A stretch of 64,000 bases of DNA from Lingula anatina (taxonomy: Eukaryota > Animalia > Brachiopoda): assembly GCA_051362555.1 (NCBI GenBank), contig CM120641.1:28898401-28962400 (forward strand), given 5' to 3'. Below, piece by piece: positions 36,501 through 48,179 of the stretch. The notes below the pieces were generated by a model. That model ran no database searches. It worked only from the letters and a program-made list of their open reading frames with translations, and was not told the origin of the DNA. Each line of letters opens with the position of its first letter. The stretch's first letter is position 1. The translations under genes were made by a program, and so were the position numbers.

Positions 36501-39253
36501 CAAAATGCTCACAGAAACATCATCTTAAGAGTGAAAACAGGAAAAAAAACCGTAATAATTTACAGCTCTTCCTACACTGATCTCCCATATCCCTTCCCCT
36601 ACGTTTACTGGTACTTAAAGTGATCTATTTACATAAAGCTATTTCACTTGACTAAAAATATTTTTCTATGTCTTGATTTACTTCCCCACTTTTATCATTT
36701 AACACAGCAGCTGTTTTAACAGGGTGCCATATATACAGGTTTCTTGCAAGCATTTTTTTTCTTTCTTTTTTTTTTTCAGAAAGAACAGGTGCCTTGATTT
36801 ACAAGTGAATACAGACAAACAGGCAAGAGACAGTTGTATGTGATATAAAATAATTTTGATTCCCATCTCATATATATAATCACTGATGATAGGATAGGAT
36901 AGGATAATATAGGAAAGAACAGGATAGAATAACTACATTAAATATGGAACTGATTTGATAAAAATAAAAAGTTTACTTGAAATAAATTAACAAAATTAAT
37001 TTAGTTTGTTCAAGCATAACAAATAAAAAAGTAATCTTTCATTAAGGCTAGCTTATTTACTTATCCCCTGCCCCCCCCCCCCCACACATTTTTTAAAATT
37101 AAATTAACAAAGTAACTAATTAAAAAAAAATTACTCCTATTCTGGAATACTTTTCCCCCCTCAAAACAGCAAATGCAATAACAAAAGAACACAATTGAGA
37201 CACAGTTGAAATAATATTAAATATGTCCCCTAACAATTACATAAATCTCAAATGGACAGTCACCCAACAACTATAACAATTAACATAGTAAGAACAATGA
37301 CCAGTGGCACAATTGACATTTCCCCCATTCTTTCAAAGCCATGCTTCAGGAACATCCCCCTCCCTTCCAATAACAACACAAGTAAATGAAGAGCCAAGGA
37401 AAGAGGGAAAAATATTTGTCCGTTCCTTGGCAACACAAGAGTCAAGCACTAGTGGTTTAAATGGCAAGCATTAATCTTCCGCCAGTAGATCATGTCATGG
37501 CCAGAAATAGAACACTGCGCTATTTTCTGAGAGATGAAGTGCACTCCTGCATACAAAGTCTACAAAGAGCTACTATTATATGATACCAATAATCTTTGTA
37601 GTATGATTTCACTGAACAGGCTTATTAAGCACTGTTATTGTGAGAAAGTGGTCCATTATGCAAAGGGTGGAGGATTAAGCTATAGATTTCTTGGAAATGA
37701 AATAGTTATTTGATACATGTCAAAAATAAATAAAAAATATGGTACACGTTACTGCTGTAATTTGGTCATTTTGGGGGGCACTTAACAATTATGCATAATG
37801 ACCATCTCAAAGAGGCCATTTTCTTAGCAAAATGAAAATTTTGCAGCAATATTGCAAACTTAAAGTTTGCAGCAACGAGTTTACAGGAACAAAATTTATT
37901 GCTGCTAATTTGCAGCCATATTGCAACAAATATGCAAGAAGGAATTGCAGTTTGCAGAAATATTGCAGCAAATTTGCTGTGAATTTGCAAGCAGGCCTGC
38001 TTGCTATAAAAGGACTGTACTGAGCTAGCACCCTTTTGTCACATCAAAACCATCATCGCATTCAACTATGTGAGAGCTCAGCATTCTTGTATTGATCAAG
38101 ACACCTGAGTAAAAACAAAGAGTTTTCCAGCTGAGTTCCAGTCTACTGCAGTTCAAATTCAACCCAGGGCTCATTTTTCTTTTCATTATACCGTGTGCCC
38201 CTTTCTTTGACTTTATGGCTTTTGGAAAAAAATGCTTTCAGACAATTTCACATAAAAGACTTAGGTGTTTAATAATACACCAAAGCTTTGTAAATCCAAA
38301 GCACAATAAAATAATTATAGCGCACTGTGCATAGTATTCATACAGCACAACCATTCACTGGTATATTGGGCTAAAGAACCAGAACTAACTAAACGTAGAT
38401 GTATATCATTTCAAAGAAAACTTCCCTCAATTCCAGTATAAATGACACAAATAACAGTTCATATTCGGATCCTAATTATTTTTTTGAGGGCTATTACATA
38501 CCACAGAAATGTATGCTGATGTGAATTAATGTATCTTTATGTGCATGTATCTATCAATATAGCCAATGTGAAAGACTACTGTACAATTCATCATTATTAT
38601 TATTATTCTAGAATGGAAAAAATATTCCATACTGCAGTATATTACCTCCCCATTAACCCAAAAATGTGATTGATGATGTTATTATTAAAAAAACAATAAT
38701 AATATGGATAATTATTCAATAATGCAATGAAAACAAGAATGGGCTCATATTGCTGACAGAGAGAGACACCTATATTTCATACCTGAGATGTGGAAAGGTC
38801 TCCACCCATTCTTGGCACTCGTTGACTATATGAGATGGCCCCGACTGGCTTTGTTCAAATAGCACAGAATCTATTTCTTCAAACAACTGTCGCACAGTTT
38901 TGGAAGCCTGCCTCTCAAATTCCTGTGAGAAAGAAATGTCAGAATCAGCATCACAGTCAGAAGTACGCATGAAGTACATTATTCAGGGAGCAAATCAAGC
39001 AGCCCTTACGTCATCCCTGCCTGATTTGGTGTAAACACATGTCAATTCACTTTCTATGTACGTCATCTTTTCCTGGATTAGTATGTGTGCAAATAAATTG
39101 ATAATGCCAGCTAGTTTAAGTATTTCTGTTAATAAAGTATAATTTACAAGATGATATGTAAATCTAATCATAATCAAATATAATATATAAAATATAATCA
39201 TATATATATATATACCCTGTAATTCTCTTTGTAATAACAGACAAAATTCTCTC

Positions 39254-39294
<41 letters not shown>

Positions 39295-42200
39295 GGGGTC
39301 AGGTCTCTGTGCAAAGCTAGAGTGCAGGAAAACTACATATAAGACCACAGAGATAACACTATTGGTTGACAGTTTCAAAACTGCATCATTTCAGCATCAA
39401 TTTACAAGTAAAACAACGTCCTTACATCATCCCCCCATGAGTAGGTAGAGTAGATGCTACTGCGGTCAGTGGTATTGCCTCCTGTCCACTCTGCCTGAGA
39501 ACCACACAGCCAGCTCTGGCTCTCAGTTAAGGGAGATGACCGCCCACTCTGAGATGGACTGCTGCGGCTGCTGTGGTAACTGAAAGAGTAAAAATTAAAT
39601 TAAATATAAAATCATCCCTAGACAGACTTGGCATACTTCTTACAATGTTAACAAATAATTCTGGTCCATATTTAAGCTAAAAAAGTTTTATTTTAATTTG
39701 AGAAATTTTTAATTTACCATAAAATCACAAAACACGATAGGTAGCACAGGAAACAGAACAGTTTTCAATCAACTAAAAAATGAAAATTGAAATAATGTTC
39801 TTATAAAATAAATTTAAAAAAATATCAAGTGTTGAAGCCTGCTTATAGTTTAAGATTAATACAAAATTAAGTTTCATATTTTTTAAAATCCTCATTTCAT
39901 ACTTCTGAACTCGGGCTGAGTTGTTCTTATATTGCTGATCATCAACTTATAATCATGCAGGACCTTTTTTTAAAAAAACAAATCTTAGGATCTTAATAAA
40001 AAAGGCATTTTTCCATGAAAGAGAGGTAATAAAAATTGTGATGAACTGCTGACAACAAAATTAAAAATGGCCAAACACTATGATCTCTCCCAGCATCACC
40101 ACCCAGACGCGGGGTCGACTTTTGCCACACGACTTTGCAATGTTCGACTGCAATGTCTCCACATAAATTAAGATTGAATTTTTGTTTTAATCTAACCAGA
40201 GGACATGGGCCAATCCCTTGGTGTGGTATATTGATAACAGCCACTTTAGTCTCAAGAGGAGATCACACCACATCCCCCATAAGCCAACTTAATTGAACTC
40301 TGCAGCAATGCCCACTACTTATTGCCTGTCTATTCAAACACTGAGGCAGGTAAATTGGTTCCCTGGGCATAGTTTTCACTAGCAATATTGATGACGATCT
40401 CATTTATCAGGAAATAGGACATTAATGGTGATGCCAAGATAGTGTGTATTTGAGGATAAATATGGATGCTGCAGCCTGCTGAATAAAGAGGTACTGGTGC
40501 AGACCAGAGACAGATCTAGAGATATTTTCTGACAGTCTTCCAAATTATCTAAGTTGATCCATTCTCCTTTTTTGACCTTCCGACAGAAAAAGTCAGACAC
40601 CCGTCAATGTAAACTTAAAAATCTGACAGTCTTCCAAAAGACCCAGAAGATGGCCAATGTTTGGACCCTACAGACAGTGTTTAATGTGTACATTATTGGT
40701 ATAGTCTGCCCAGATCAGAGTGGGATGCTGTGGTTGAAGCACCAACGTATGATGGTGACATATGGGTTAAAACGAGATAACTGTAACTGTATCAACAATC
40801 AAGATTCAATCTACATGGTATTCATCTACTGACACACTCTAACTTCCCCTCCCCCCTTAACAAACAATACTATTGGCAACAAGAATCAAGACACCCCCCC
40901 CCCCCCAAGCCCCTACCCAGAAGAGGGATGCAGCTTTCAATTTCCACATGACCAAAACTGCAGTGATAGAGTGGCCCTTCAAGTCAAGGACTACAAAGCC
41001 CTGAAGGTCACATGCAAACCCCTGTACAAGCAAATTAACATGCTCTATATTTCATTGCAGCATTATTCTAAGTTTGCCAATTGATTTCAGTGGCATTATC
41101 TTGAAGTACAACATAGCACAGAGAACAGCACAGTCACTGAAACGGGCCCACTGAAACAGGTATAATAGATGACTGATCAGTGAATACTCTTGTAAAATAC
41201 AAACCCTGGCAGATTACAAAAGAAAAAAAAATTGGGGCAGCATGAAAACATTATTTGTTATTTCTTAACTTTACTATCCTGTTACTAGTAGTTCTGTACA
41301 TTACATTATGTTATAATTTTATTACTCATAAAAATTCTATTCAGTCTAAGATTAAAAGCATTTAATCTAGTTTTATAGTCTGCTGTAATAAATCAATGTG
41401 CATAAACCCAGGATTTCTTTTATTAAAGTCAGTTTCATCCAGAATTTATCAACTCAAAGAACCAAACAGGGTGCCATGAAAATTGAATAAAAACCCACAT
41501 ATCAGTAGCCTTGTGCAGATAAATATATCACATTACAGTAAACTGAAAATCTTTCTGTGAAGAAATCGGCTTATTTTAATTCCAGAAAAGAAACTGGTTT
41601 TGCCTGGAGGTTGATATTTTCCCCCAGTGTTCAATGAGCCGGTCAATGCCCTGGGACAACACAGAAAACTCTATACCAGTAATCCTATTGGCAATAAAAC
41701 GCTCCAAAAAACATACTCAAACTACAGTTCTCAGTGACTCCCCTAATCCACTTCACCATTCAAGATCATTCAAATTGAGCAAGAAAAAAAACTTACACAA
41801 TGAGAGCCATTGTGTGTAATTAAGTTAATACTACCAACTTTTTTTTCTTCAAAGACTTTGAAGACAAGTTTGAGACCTAAACAAAGCCATAATAGGTTTT
41901 CATGCAGGGAGCACTGCATTTTTTACTCTGACACAGAGCACGAGAGATGTTTTAAAAATTTCAGAGTCTTGGTGACTGAGCTGGGTCTAAACACTGAATG
42001 GGATTAAAAGTGCTTGATGTCATGCCTGATACCTTGAAATAAAACCTGTGGAATTCTACCCCTACAGGAGTTTTCAATCGCGTAAATCTGATTAGCTCAC
42101 TCAGGCAGTCTGTTGCGCAAACAGATAGCTTCAAAACTGACCAAACAGTGGACTTAACAGCCAAGGAGACTGAGAAAGTTTCAACAAAGCTGCTCTCTGT

Positions 42201-43721
42201 TAATTGAACAAGCCATCTACAAGTATTTCTTCTTGAGGTGTTGAATAATGGTATTGTAGAATGGACACAAATTGTACTATGTTAACACATGAAAACCATT
42301 TAGTTCAGAAATGTTAGTTTTGTTCCCTTTGAGAAAGACAACATTTATATAGTTACCTCAATTTACTTATTGAGGAAATATATATGTATCACACTTACGT
42401 TCACTTGGTAAGATAATCTTAGCAACCAAAACATGAAGCCTAATATTGCTCAAATACTAGCATTGATTTTTTGTATCAAAACTGACAGTGAAACCACAGA
42501 AAGTATGAAAATTGTTACAATATTCAAATGTACAGACAAATCTTTAATTTATAAGATTCTGAACAAATTCCTTTTTTTTTTCTCCAGTATGAGAATGAAA
42601 AAAATTCAGGTTCACACACATGTAACTCACGTCATTCTTTATGTGAACTGACGTCATCAAACCATTAAAATTACAAAGAGATTCTTTCTCCTTTCTCACT
42701 ATGCAAGACATGTTGATTGGTTTCAATGCCAGTGCTGCTGTCAGAAATTGGAGAAATGTCACAAAAATTTTACCACATTAAATTGGGTGTTTCAGCAGGT
42801 GTTCCCATGTGACCAGTAACCTTTTAATATTTACTAGTGTGTGAAAAATAACCATTTGTCAAAAATAAATTTAAAGAAACCCTTTAAAACAAGGACTCAA
42901 CCAATTTCTATCCTTTTCTAAAAAGCTGTTGAGATTTTCAATGGCTTCCTTATCTGCTACATGTACCTGTGTTAAATTAAATGACAACCAAAAACTACAT
43001 GCAAACTTCATAAAATTGATTCAAACAACAGCCTCTCTTTACCCGTCACAAATTGTTTTTAGACAAACATTAAATGTTGCCTTGCGTGAACCATTTTCCC
43101 ATGCTCATATCAATCACAGAAGATTGACTTACCCATTCCTTTTCAAGTACATAGTTACAAAAGTAACATTAAACCAGTCATATAACTGCATTCTTTGAGT
43201 GTATGTCATTTCATTAATTAGCAACAAGCTCAATGTAGATAAAAAAAGTGAACTGTTACTCGGGGAGATTTAAATTACTTTGTGAGGTTCTGTGACATTT
43301 CATAGAATAAAATCATGTTTAATCTCCTTAGAAACAATTTACTATTTTATCATCAGTATACAAGCAACAATAAAAAACCTATTTCTTTGAAGTTCTGTGT
43401 AAAGAAGGCAAATGGAAACACCAAGAAAGGAGAATCAAAATGCATGATTTCGACTTCATAACATTTTGACATATTTCTACAATTTACAAAAAAACTTGTT
43501 TCTTTATCTGTATAATTCTTATTTATTACAACCTCCTACATGGGAATGCCATCAAAATAGAGATCTATAGTAATAAAATATTCTGGTGATAAAAAAAAAC
43601 TCAGAGATTTCCTTACTTCGATATGGCATCCTGTGTTGTCTGCAGGAACTCTGGAGGTAGCGTCTGCTGCCCAAACTCAGGTAATGGATGGACATCTACA
43701 CTGCCACGTGAAATTCCCCGT
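30453..43721 (-). CDS. FAM149B1: FAM149B1-like primary cilium assembly protein (DUF3719 family); 15 coding exons resolved, ~668 aa plus a variable N-terminus
   Basis: Exons (minus): 43721-43617, 39579-39426, 38922-38783, 36296-36159, 35928-35764, 35415-35283, 35026-34972, 34422-34310, 33926-33796, 33315-33135, 32814-32575, 32104-31976, 31699-31576, 30894-30760, 30517-30453 (TGA). All introns are GT-AG and phases are consistent. Family motifs: RGISRGSVDVHPLPE, SSIYSTYSWGDDEFERQAS..LFEEID..LFE..ECQEW..FPHLRILGRQ, EEVIEQDG, GFPPMTP..C.KD, RPSTTHTFRADTP. Confidence 0.93.
30760..30894 (-). CDS. FAM149B1: FAM149B1-like exon (SPAGREMLLGITGSGINP...SQSW)
   Basis: catttgtag|GT...G|gtgagg. Confidence 0.85.
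31379..31559. mobile_element. Intronic MITE with CAGG termini
   Basis: Imperfect 15-bp TIR CAGGTCCATAGCCAG / CTGGCTACGGGCCTG, with flanking direct repeat AGTTC (31374-78, 31560-64). Confidence 0.75.
31576..31699 (-). CDS. FAM149B1: FAM149B1-like exon (ADTPHGQTP...RRSSTPLGY...)
   Basis: tctttcag|GCT...G|gtaaga. Confidence 0.85.
31976..32104 (-). CDS. FAM149B1: FAM149B1-like exon (NRASSAVHD...RPSTTHTFR)
   Basis: ttttcag|CAG...AGG|gtgaga. Confidence 0.88.
32575..32814 (-). CDS. FAM149B1: FAM149B1-like exon (QEGEEKLAIGGIQGHRL...HPLPPIG...)
   Basis: ttctccag|CAG...ACG|gtatgt. Confidence 0.85.
33135..33315 (-). CDS. FAM149B1: FAM149B1-like exon (SEAMERPGSS...RLAPLDGRAKTPGA)
   Basis: cgtccag|G...GCT|gtaagt. 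Confidence 0.85.
33796..33926 (-). CDS. FAM149B1: FAM149B1-like exon (QLTKFPQMQL...LLRRENSGF)
   Basis: ttttttcag|CAA...GG|gtaagc. Confidence 0.85.
34310..34422 (-). CDS. FAM149B1: FAM149B1-like exon (KEEEDDMPMLPDLP...NDK)
   Basis: gtattgcag|AA...AAG|gtgagt. Confidence 0.85.
34621..34840. mobile_element. Intronic palindromic MITE (Harbinger-like), same family as 26493-26661
   Basis: Ends atttccagag / ctctgggaat, tagatcgatcta motifs at both ends, ggacatttaagcc core. Confidence 0.7.
34972..35026 (-). CDS. FAM149B1: FAM149B1-like exon (VVNNLKKLLRLYHVQLLT)
   Basis: ttttcagcag|GTT...G|gtcagt; bridges phase 0 to phase 1. Confidence 0.8.
35283..35415 (-). CDS. FAM149B1: FAM149B1-like exon (RRRPGFPPMTPTACAKDTI...IWSE)
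   Basis: gttttcag|T...GAG|gtagga. Confidence 0.9.
35764..35928 (-). CDS. FAM149B1: FAM149B1-like exon (LSITGRQV...EEEVIEQDGEYEDIIAIDY)
   Basis: gattccag|T...GA|gtaagt. Confidence 0.9.
36159..36296 (-). CDS. FAM149B1: FAM149B1-like exon (ILGRQFFPTQDQGF...)
   Basis: tttctttag|G...GG|gtatgt. Confidence 0.92.
37820..38012. repeat. Decayed element with GCAGCAAATTTGC-type subrepeats in both orientations
   Basis: Multiple ttgcagcaa / ttgctgc / tattgca motifs. Confidence 0.5.
38783..38922 (-). CDS. FAM149B1: FAM149B1-like DUF3719 core exon (EFERQASKTVRQLFEEID...ECQEWVETFPHL)
   Basis: tctcacag|GAA...AG|gtatga. Confidence 0.95.
39256..39291. repeat. (TG)n microsatellite
   Basis: Directly visible. 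Confidence 0.95.
39426..39579 (-). CDS. FAM149B1: FAM149B1-like exon (YHSSRSSPSQSGRSSP...TDRSSIYSTYSWGDD)
   Basis: ctctttcag|T...GAT|gtaagg. Confidence 0.9.
40505..40655 (-). mobile_element. MITE copy (family of 58554-58721)
   Basis: ctgacagtcttccaaattatct...acccgtcaatgtaaactt.aaaatctgac.gtctt...aagacccagaagatggcc. Confidence 0.8.
43617..43721 (-). CDS. FAM149B1: FAM149B1-like exon (RGISRGSVDVHPLPEFGQQTLPPEFLQTTQDAIS), phase 2-2
   Basis: ttttccag|A...AA|gtaagg. Confidence 0.85.
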
Positions 43722-46700
43722 CTGGAAAATTAAGCAAGAAAATTCATAAATATACGTATCTTAAATTTGTAGTGAGACTGAAACTAAAACATTCTAAAAA
43801 GTGGTTAAATAAAATATTTCAAAATTGTACTTAACTACTAAATACAAAAAATGAAAGACTAAAATTTTATTTGTGGCTGGAATGAGGAAAACATATATAC
43901 ATATATATCTTTATTAAAAACATAAACAAGACTGGAAGTTTTAAAATGTTCCTAGTATAATTAGATTTCTAATATGTGATGTGCTCTGTTAATCTGTGTA
44001 CAATATCAATTTCACCCAACTGACAAATCATGATAATTCATCCATCACATATTATATTCGACACAACCACAAAACATTTTAATGAGACTTCCTTTCACCT
44101 TGAAAAAAACAAACATGAAAGTTCTGCCTCTTGTGTGATCCCAAAGAAATTCACAAATGTTGAGTCAACAGCCTATCTTTGCTCACATTTTATCAAACCA
44201 GCTTCCAAATATTGACCAGTGTACCTAACAGCTTCATGCCATAGCTACCACTCATGTTTTTAGTAATTATGCTACTTATTGAATATCTGTTCTTAACTAA
44301 ATAACACGGGGTTGGCTATTACTTGCTGTCATGTCAGCTAAGGAGCCACATTAAACAGCATTTACGCACTCCTACAGGCTTTTTTAAATTTCTCTTTGTA
44401 GCACTACTTACAACCTCTACTCTTACTAAATATGTTTTATTTCACACATTATTCTTTTTAATGAGATACAAAAATAAATAAATATATTAAAAATGTGAAA
44501 GAAAAAAGGAAAGTTGCATAGGGGAAATTACTGTGGAAAAGCTCTATTAATAAAAGCAAAAATGTATTTTTTAATGACAATAATAAGAAGAAGAAGAAGA
44601 AGAAAAAAAAAGAAGAAAAAATTTTCAAAGGGTGCACTCTAATAAAAGATACAGGATGATCGTATTCACTAAGGCATGACAACTTTAAGTCAACATACAT
44701 CTACTATAACACTGACCATAAAAACAAATTCATGTGACAAGAATGATCATTGTTATGTTGAATTTATACAATACTTTTAAATGTGTGTCTTATACCTACA
44801 TACATAACGGATAGTTAAAACACTGTAATTAGATGGTAGTTGAAAGAGCATATGAATGTAACATTTAATGGTCAATAAAATATCACTATTATTAATATTA
44901 AAATTAAGAAATTTTATTAATACTGCTGATATCAATTTAATCCCAATTGTTCTTAGCTGTGATTCCACATTTCTTACTCCTCTTCACCTACAGCAATCTT
45001 ATAGGAGTTTCTCTTCCCACACAACCGTTGTATTTGGCAACTATGTGCGTATCTGTGTACACAATTTCAACTATTGGGATAAGTGACAAAGAATTAGGTA
45101 ACATCTTATCTGAAGAAGAAATAATTATAGCATCTGGGTAAGGTTGTAACAGGTGTACAGCTTTGATGCTCTGTCTACCTATGTTGGTCTTAAACACATG
45201 TCATATATGATGAACAACGAAAAAAAGTTTTTGATGAAGTTTGTTTGGACATTTAGATACCCTTTACTTTTGAGGAAATTGCCTGTACCACTGCTATAAA
45301 ACCTACTCAAACAAGAATCAGATTTTGAAATGTTAGAGAAGTTAGTACATTTTTCATCTTTTTTTTTCTTTAAAATTATTTTTATGAAACCTTAAACAAA
45401 ACATTCTTTTAAAAACCAAAAACTTAGAATTATCAGTATGTGGTATTACTGTTAGGTCAACCACATCCTTAATTTCCACATCCTTAATTTCCATCGATTT
45501 GGCTTCAACTTGGAATATTAAATTTAAATATCATAGTATGCGGCATCCATATGGGCTCTGATGTTCACTTCCTGCAGCCCTATTCCATTTTCAAAAATAT
45601 TCAAATGTGTTAAAATTGATCATATTGCACTAGATACCCTTGACCCTCTCCTTAACCCATGTCCACTTACCCTTGTGTTAAAACCTTGACCAGAACTGCC
45701 CAACAGGTGGTCATTCCAGTCAAAACAGAATCACTTAGCACATGGGAGTTATCAGAGCAAATTCTCCAAATTCTCTAGCACTTGTTAGACTTCTAAGGCC
45801 AATTTATGAATTTTTGTGTTGTAATTTGAAGTGTTGCACTGCAGCTACCTAATCCATAAATGTTTCAAGCAAAAATCTGAGAATCTTCCTCAAAGCAGTA
45901 ATGAAATGCTTAGATTTATATATAAAATGAAGTCACGAAGGAGCAGCCATATCTGAAAAAATCTTTCATGCCTTTGCAGTATGTTCTTTACTGCCATGCT
46001 TGTTTATTTGGTCTAAAATGCCCAAATGATGAGCAAATTATCCCCCAAGGTATTATTTCCCTTGCAGTTACAGATCTGGGATTAATCCCCCCAGACATTG
46101 AATACAGTTTCTGAAAACAGCTCAGTAAACTGACAGGTGTCATTTGTGAAGAGAAATATGAATTTAAATAATTGAATATTATAATAATTATCAGAACTTG
46201 TTCCAAGTCCTATAATTGATATAATTGATGGGTGTTATTTGTGTTTTACTTGTATTAATTGAATATAGAAATACGCAAACTCAACACTGATATTTCAAGC
46301 TATAACTGTAAGAAAAAATGGAAAAATATCAACAAATGATACAAATGTCAAATCTGCATATGGGGAGTAACTTGAAAAATATCAAAAAATGATATAAATG
46401 TCAATCTGCATGTAGGGAGTAATTAGACCTCTACACATACTAAGAGTATAGAGCAGGTTGGTATTTTTGTTCTTATCCTGAACATAATGACAGCCGAACT
46501 TTATTTTAATGATCAGAATATTGATCCACAGAGTGAAAGCCATGCAGTATTGTTGTATGACTGTGGTAATCACTAGGAGGATAAGTTTATTATGTAAACC
46601 AGAAAAAAAGCCACTTTTATAAAAATACCAACCGCAGAAAGAGCAAGTATACTACACGTAGCTGACTGTATGCATGTCAATTATTTCCAGCACTGAATAC

Positions 46701-47892
46701 CTCTTGTGTTAAAGCTAAGTTTTTCGTGACAAAAGTGCACGTTCGCATGCTCTCTGGCTCTACATGTCAATCAGCTGCATTCTGAATATAATATCAATCT
46801 TGATCATATGCATACACAGCTAATTTAAAGATCTCTCAAGACTGAAATTTCTTTTCCCCAGCTAATTGCTGTAATTCCATTAAGCCCACTGATTAGTTTA
46901 ATCCTTTGGAGACACAGCACTGGTATTTTGTAACTATTACTGTTACATTTACATAACTTGATTGCATAGTTCAAATGTAAACAATATATTCCAAAATTTA
47001 TGTCATATTTATTCATTAATTATGCAGAGCAATGCTGATACTCAACTTGTACTTAAACCTGCATACCAATGTCATTGATATAAATCATATTGTTAAGAGG
47101 GTCAGATTGAAAATGGCCTATCACGGAATATGAAAATCAACTGACACAACTTCCATAGAGGTCATGGGGATATAATGGAATTTTATAAGTACGCATGTGG
47201 GCAGGTCATTGGGAATCATCTGAGATGGCATAAAGTCATGCAACATTCAACTTTTGTCAACTAGCGCAAAATCAACTAAAATCTCATGAGATTTGAAGGG
47301 GAGCTGGGTCAGAAATAATGACTGACTAGCGAGTGCGTTTTGGCAACAAATAAAAGCTGACAGAATTTATCCATAGATATTTTACTGGATGTTTTCTGAA
47401 GTTATGTCAAATTACAGCCTATTACTCCCAACAGCATGACTTTACCATGTTTTGTGTCGCTATTATATTGTTTTCTAAAACAATATTCCAAGCACAAACT
47501 TATAGTTTTAACCCTTATCCCTTTGGCTCCTACAATCTACCGAATAATGAACCCTCAGAACAATAAACCCTTAGAATATAAGGACTCCGTCAGGTAGTAC
47601 CAACAGCATCTTAATAGACTTTCTTTGACAATTTTTATTGCTGAGTATCAAACCTCAATGCAGTACATATAAGGAGTCACGAAAATCACTTAAGTACATA
47701 TGTATGTTATTTCAGATTTTCTTTGTTGGAAATATTAAAAAAAACTGACAATGCTTCTTGAAGACCTTGCCACGAGGGTTATCAATATATTTTTCTATGA
47801 AATATATCTCTAAACTTAATTGACAGAAGAAAAAAAAGATTTTCAAAAAAATCAAAGTGTTTCTATTCTAGTTTTACCCTATTTTTTTTTAC

Positions 47893-48011
47893 CTGTCATC
47901 ATTCTTCAAGTTGCTGGAAACACGTGTTCCAACACAAACAAGAAGTCCTCCCAAATCATCGCGCGCCTGTGACATGTGAACCAACTCTTTCCCAGAGAAC
48001 TGCCACTTCAT
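47893..48011 (-). CDS. Candidate alternative first coding exon of the FAM149B1-like gene (MKWQFSGKELVHMSQARDDLGGLLVCVGTRVSSNLKNDD)
   Basis: Open from the ATG at 48011 to AG|gtaaaa in phase 2, matching the acceptor at 43721. An X-box-like site lies upstream. Confidence 0.5.
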
Positions 48012-48149
48012 GCACACACAGAACTGTGCCCACTTTGGGCATGTGAATATTGCAACTTGATGACGCTCATCATGACAACTGACTACAAAATCCCTGAAAT
48101 CTTGAGCTTTTCCATATGGCGTGTCCTCCGGCCCTCATGCTCTTGTTTT

Positions 48150-48179
48150 TGTTTATTTTTGGTCTGTTTCCCTGGGAAC
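48150..48179 (-). promoter_or_regulatory. RFX X-box-like site GTTTCC-CT-GGGAAC (48166-48179) next to a forkhead-like TGTTTAT (48150-48156)
   Basis: 14-bp near-palindrome ~155 bp upstream of the candidate ATG. FAM149B1 is a ciliary gene, and RFX/FOXJ1 control of ciliary genes is established. Confidence 0.45.

Noticed and set aside
38995-39378. 127-aa ORF with an apparent signal peptide and HT repeat
   Set aside because: It lies inside a FAM149B1-like intron, starts at TTG, and the HT repeat is a (CA)n microsatellite.
42399-42434. ATG...GTAAGT mini-exon (MFWLLRLSYQVN)
   Set aside because: It ends in phase 0 and cannot join the phase-2 acceptor in frame. It is the exception among the perfect donors.
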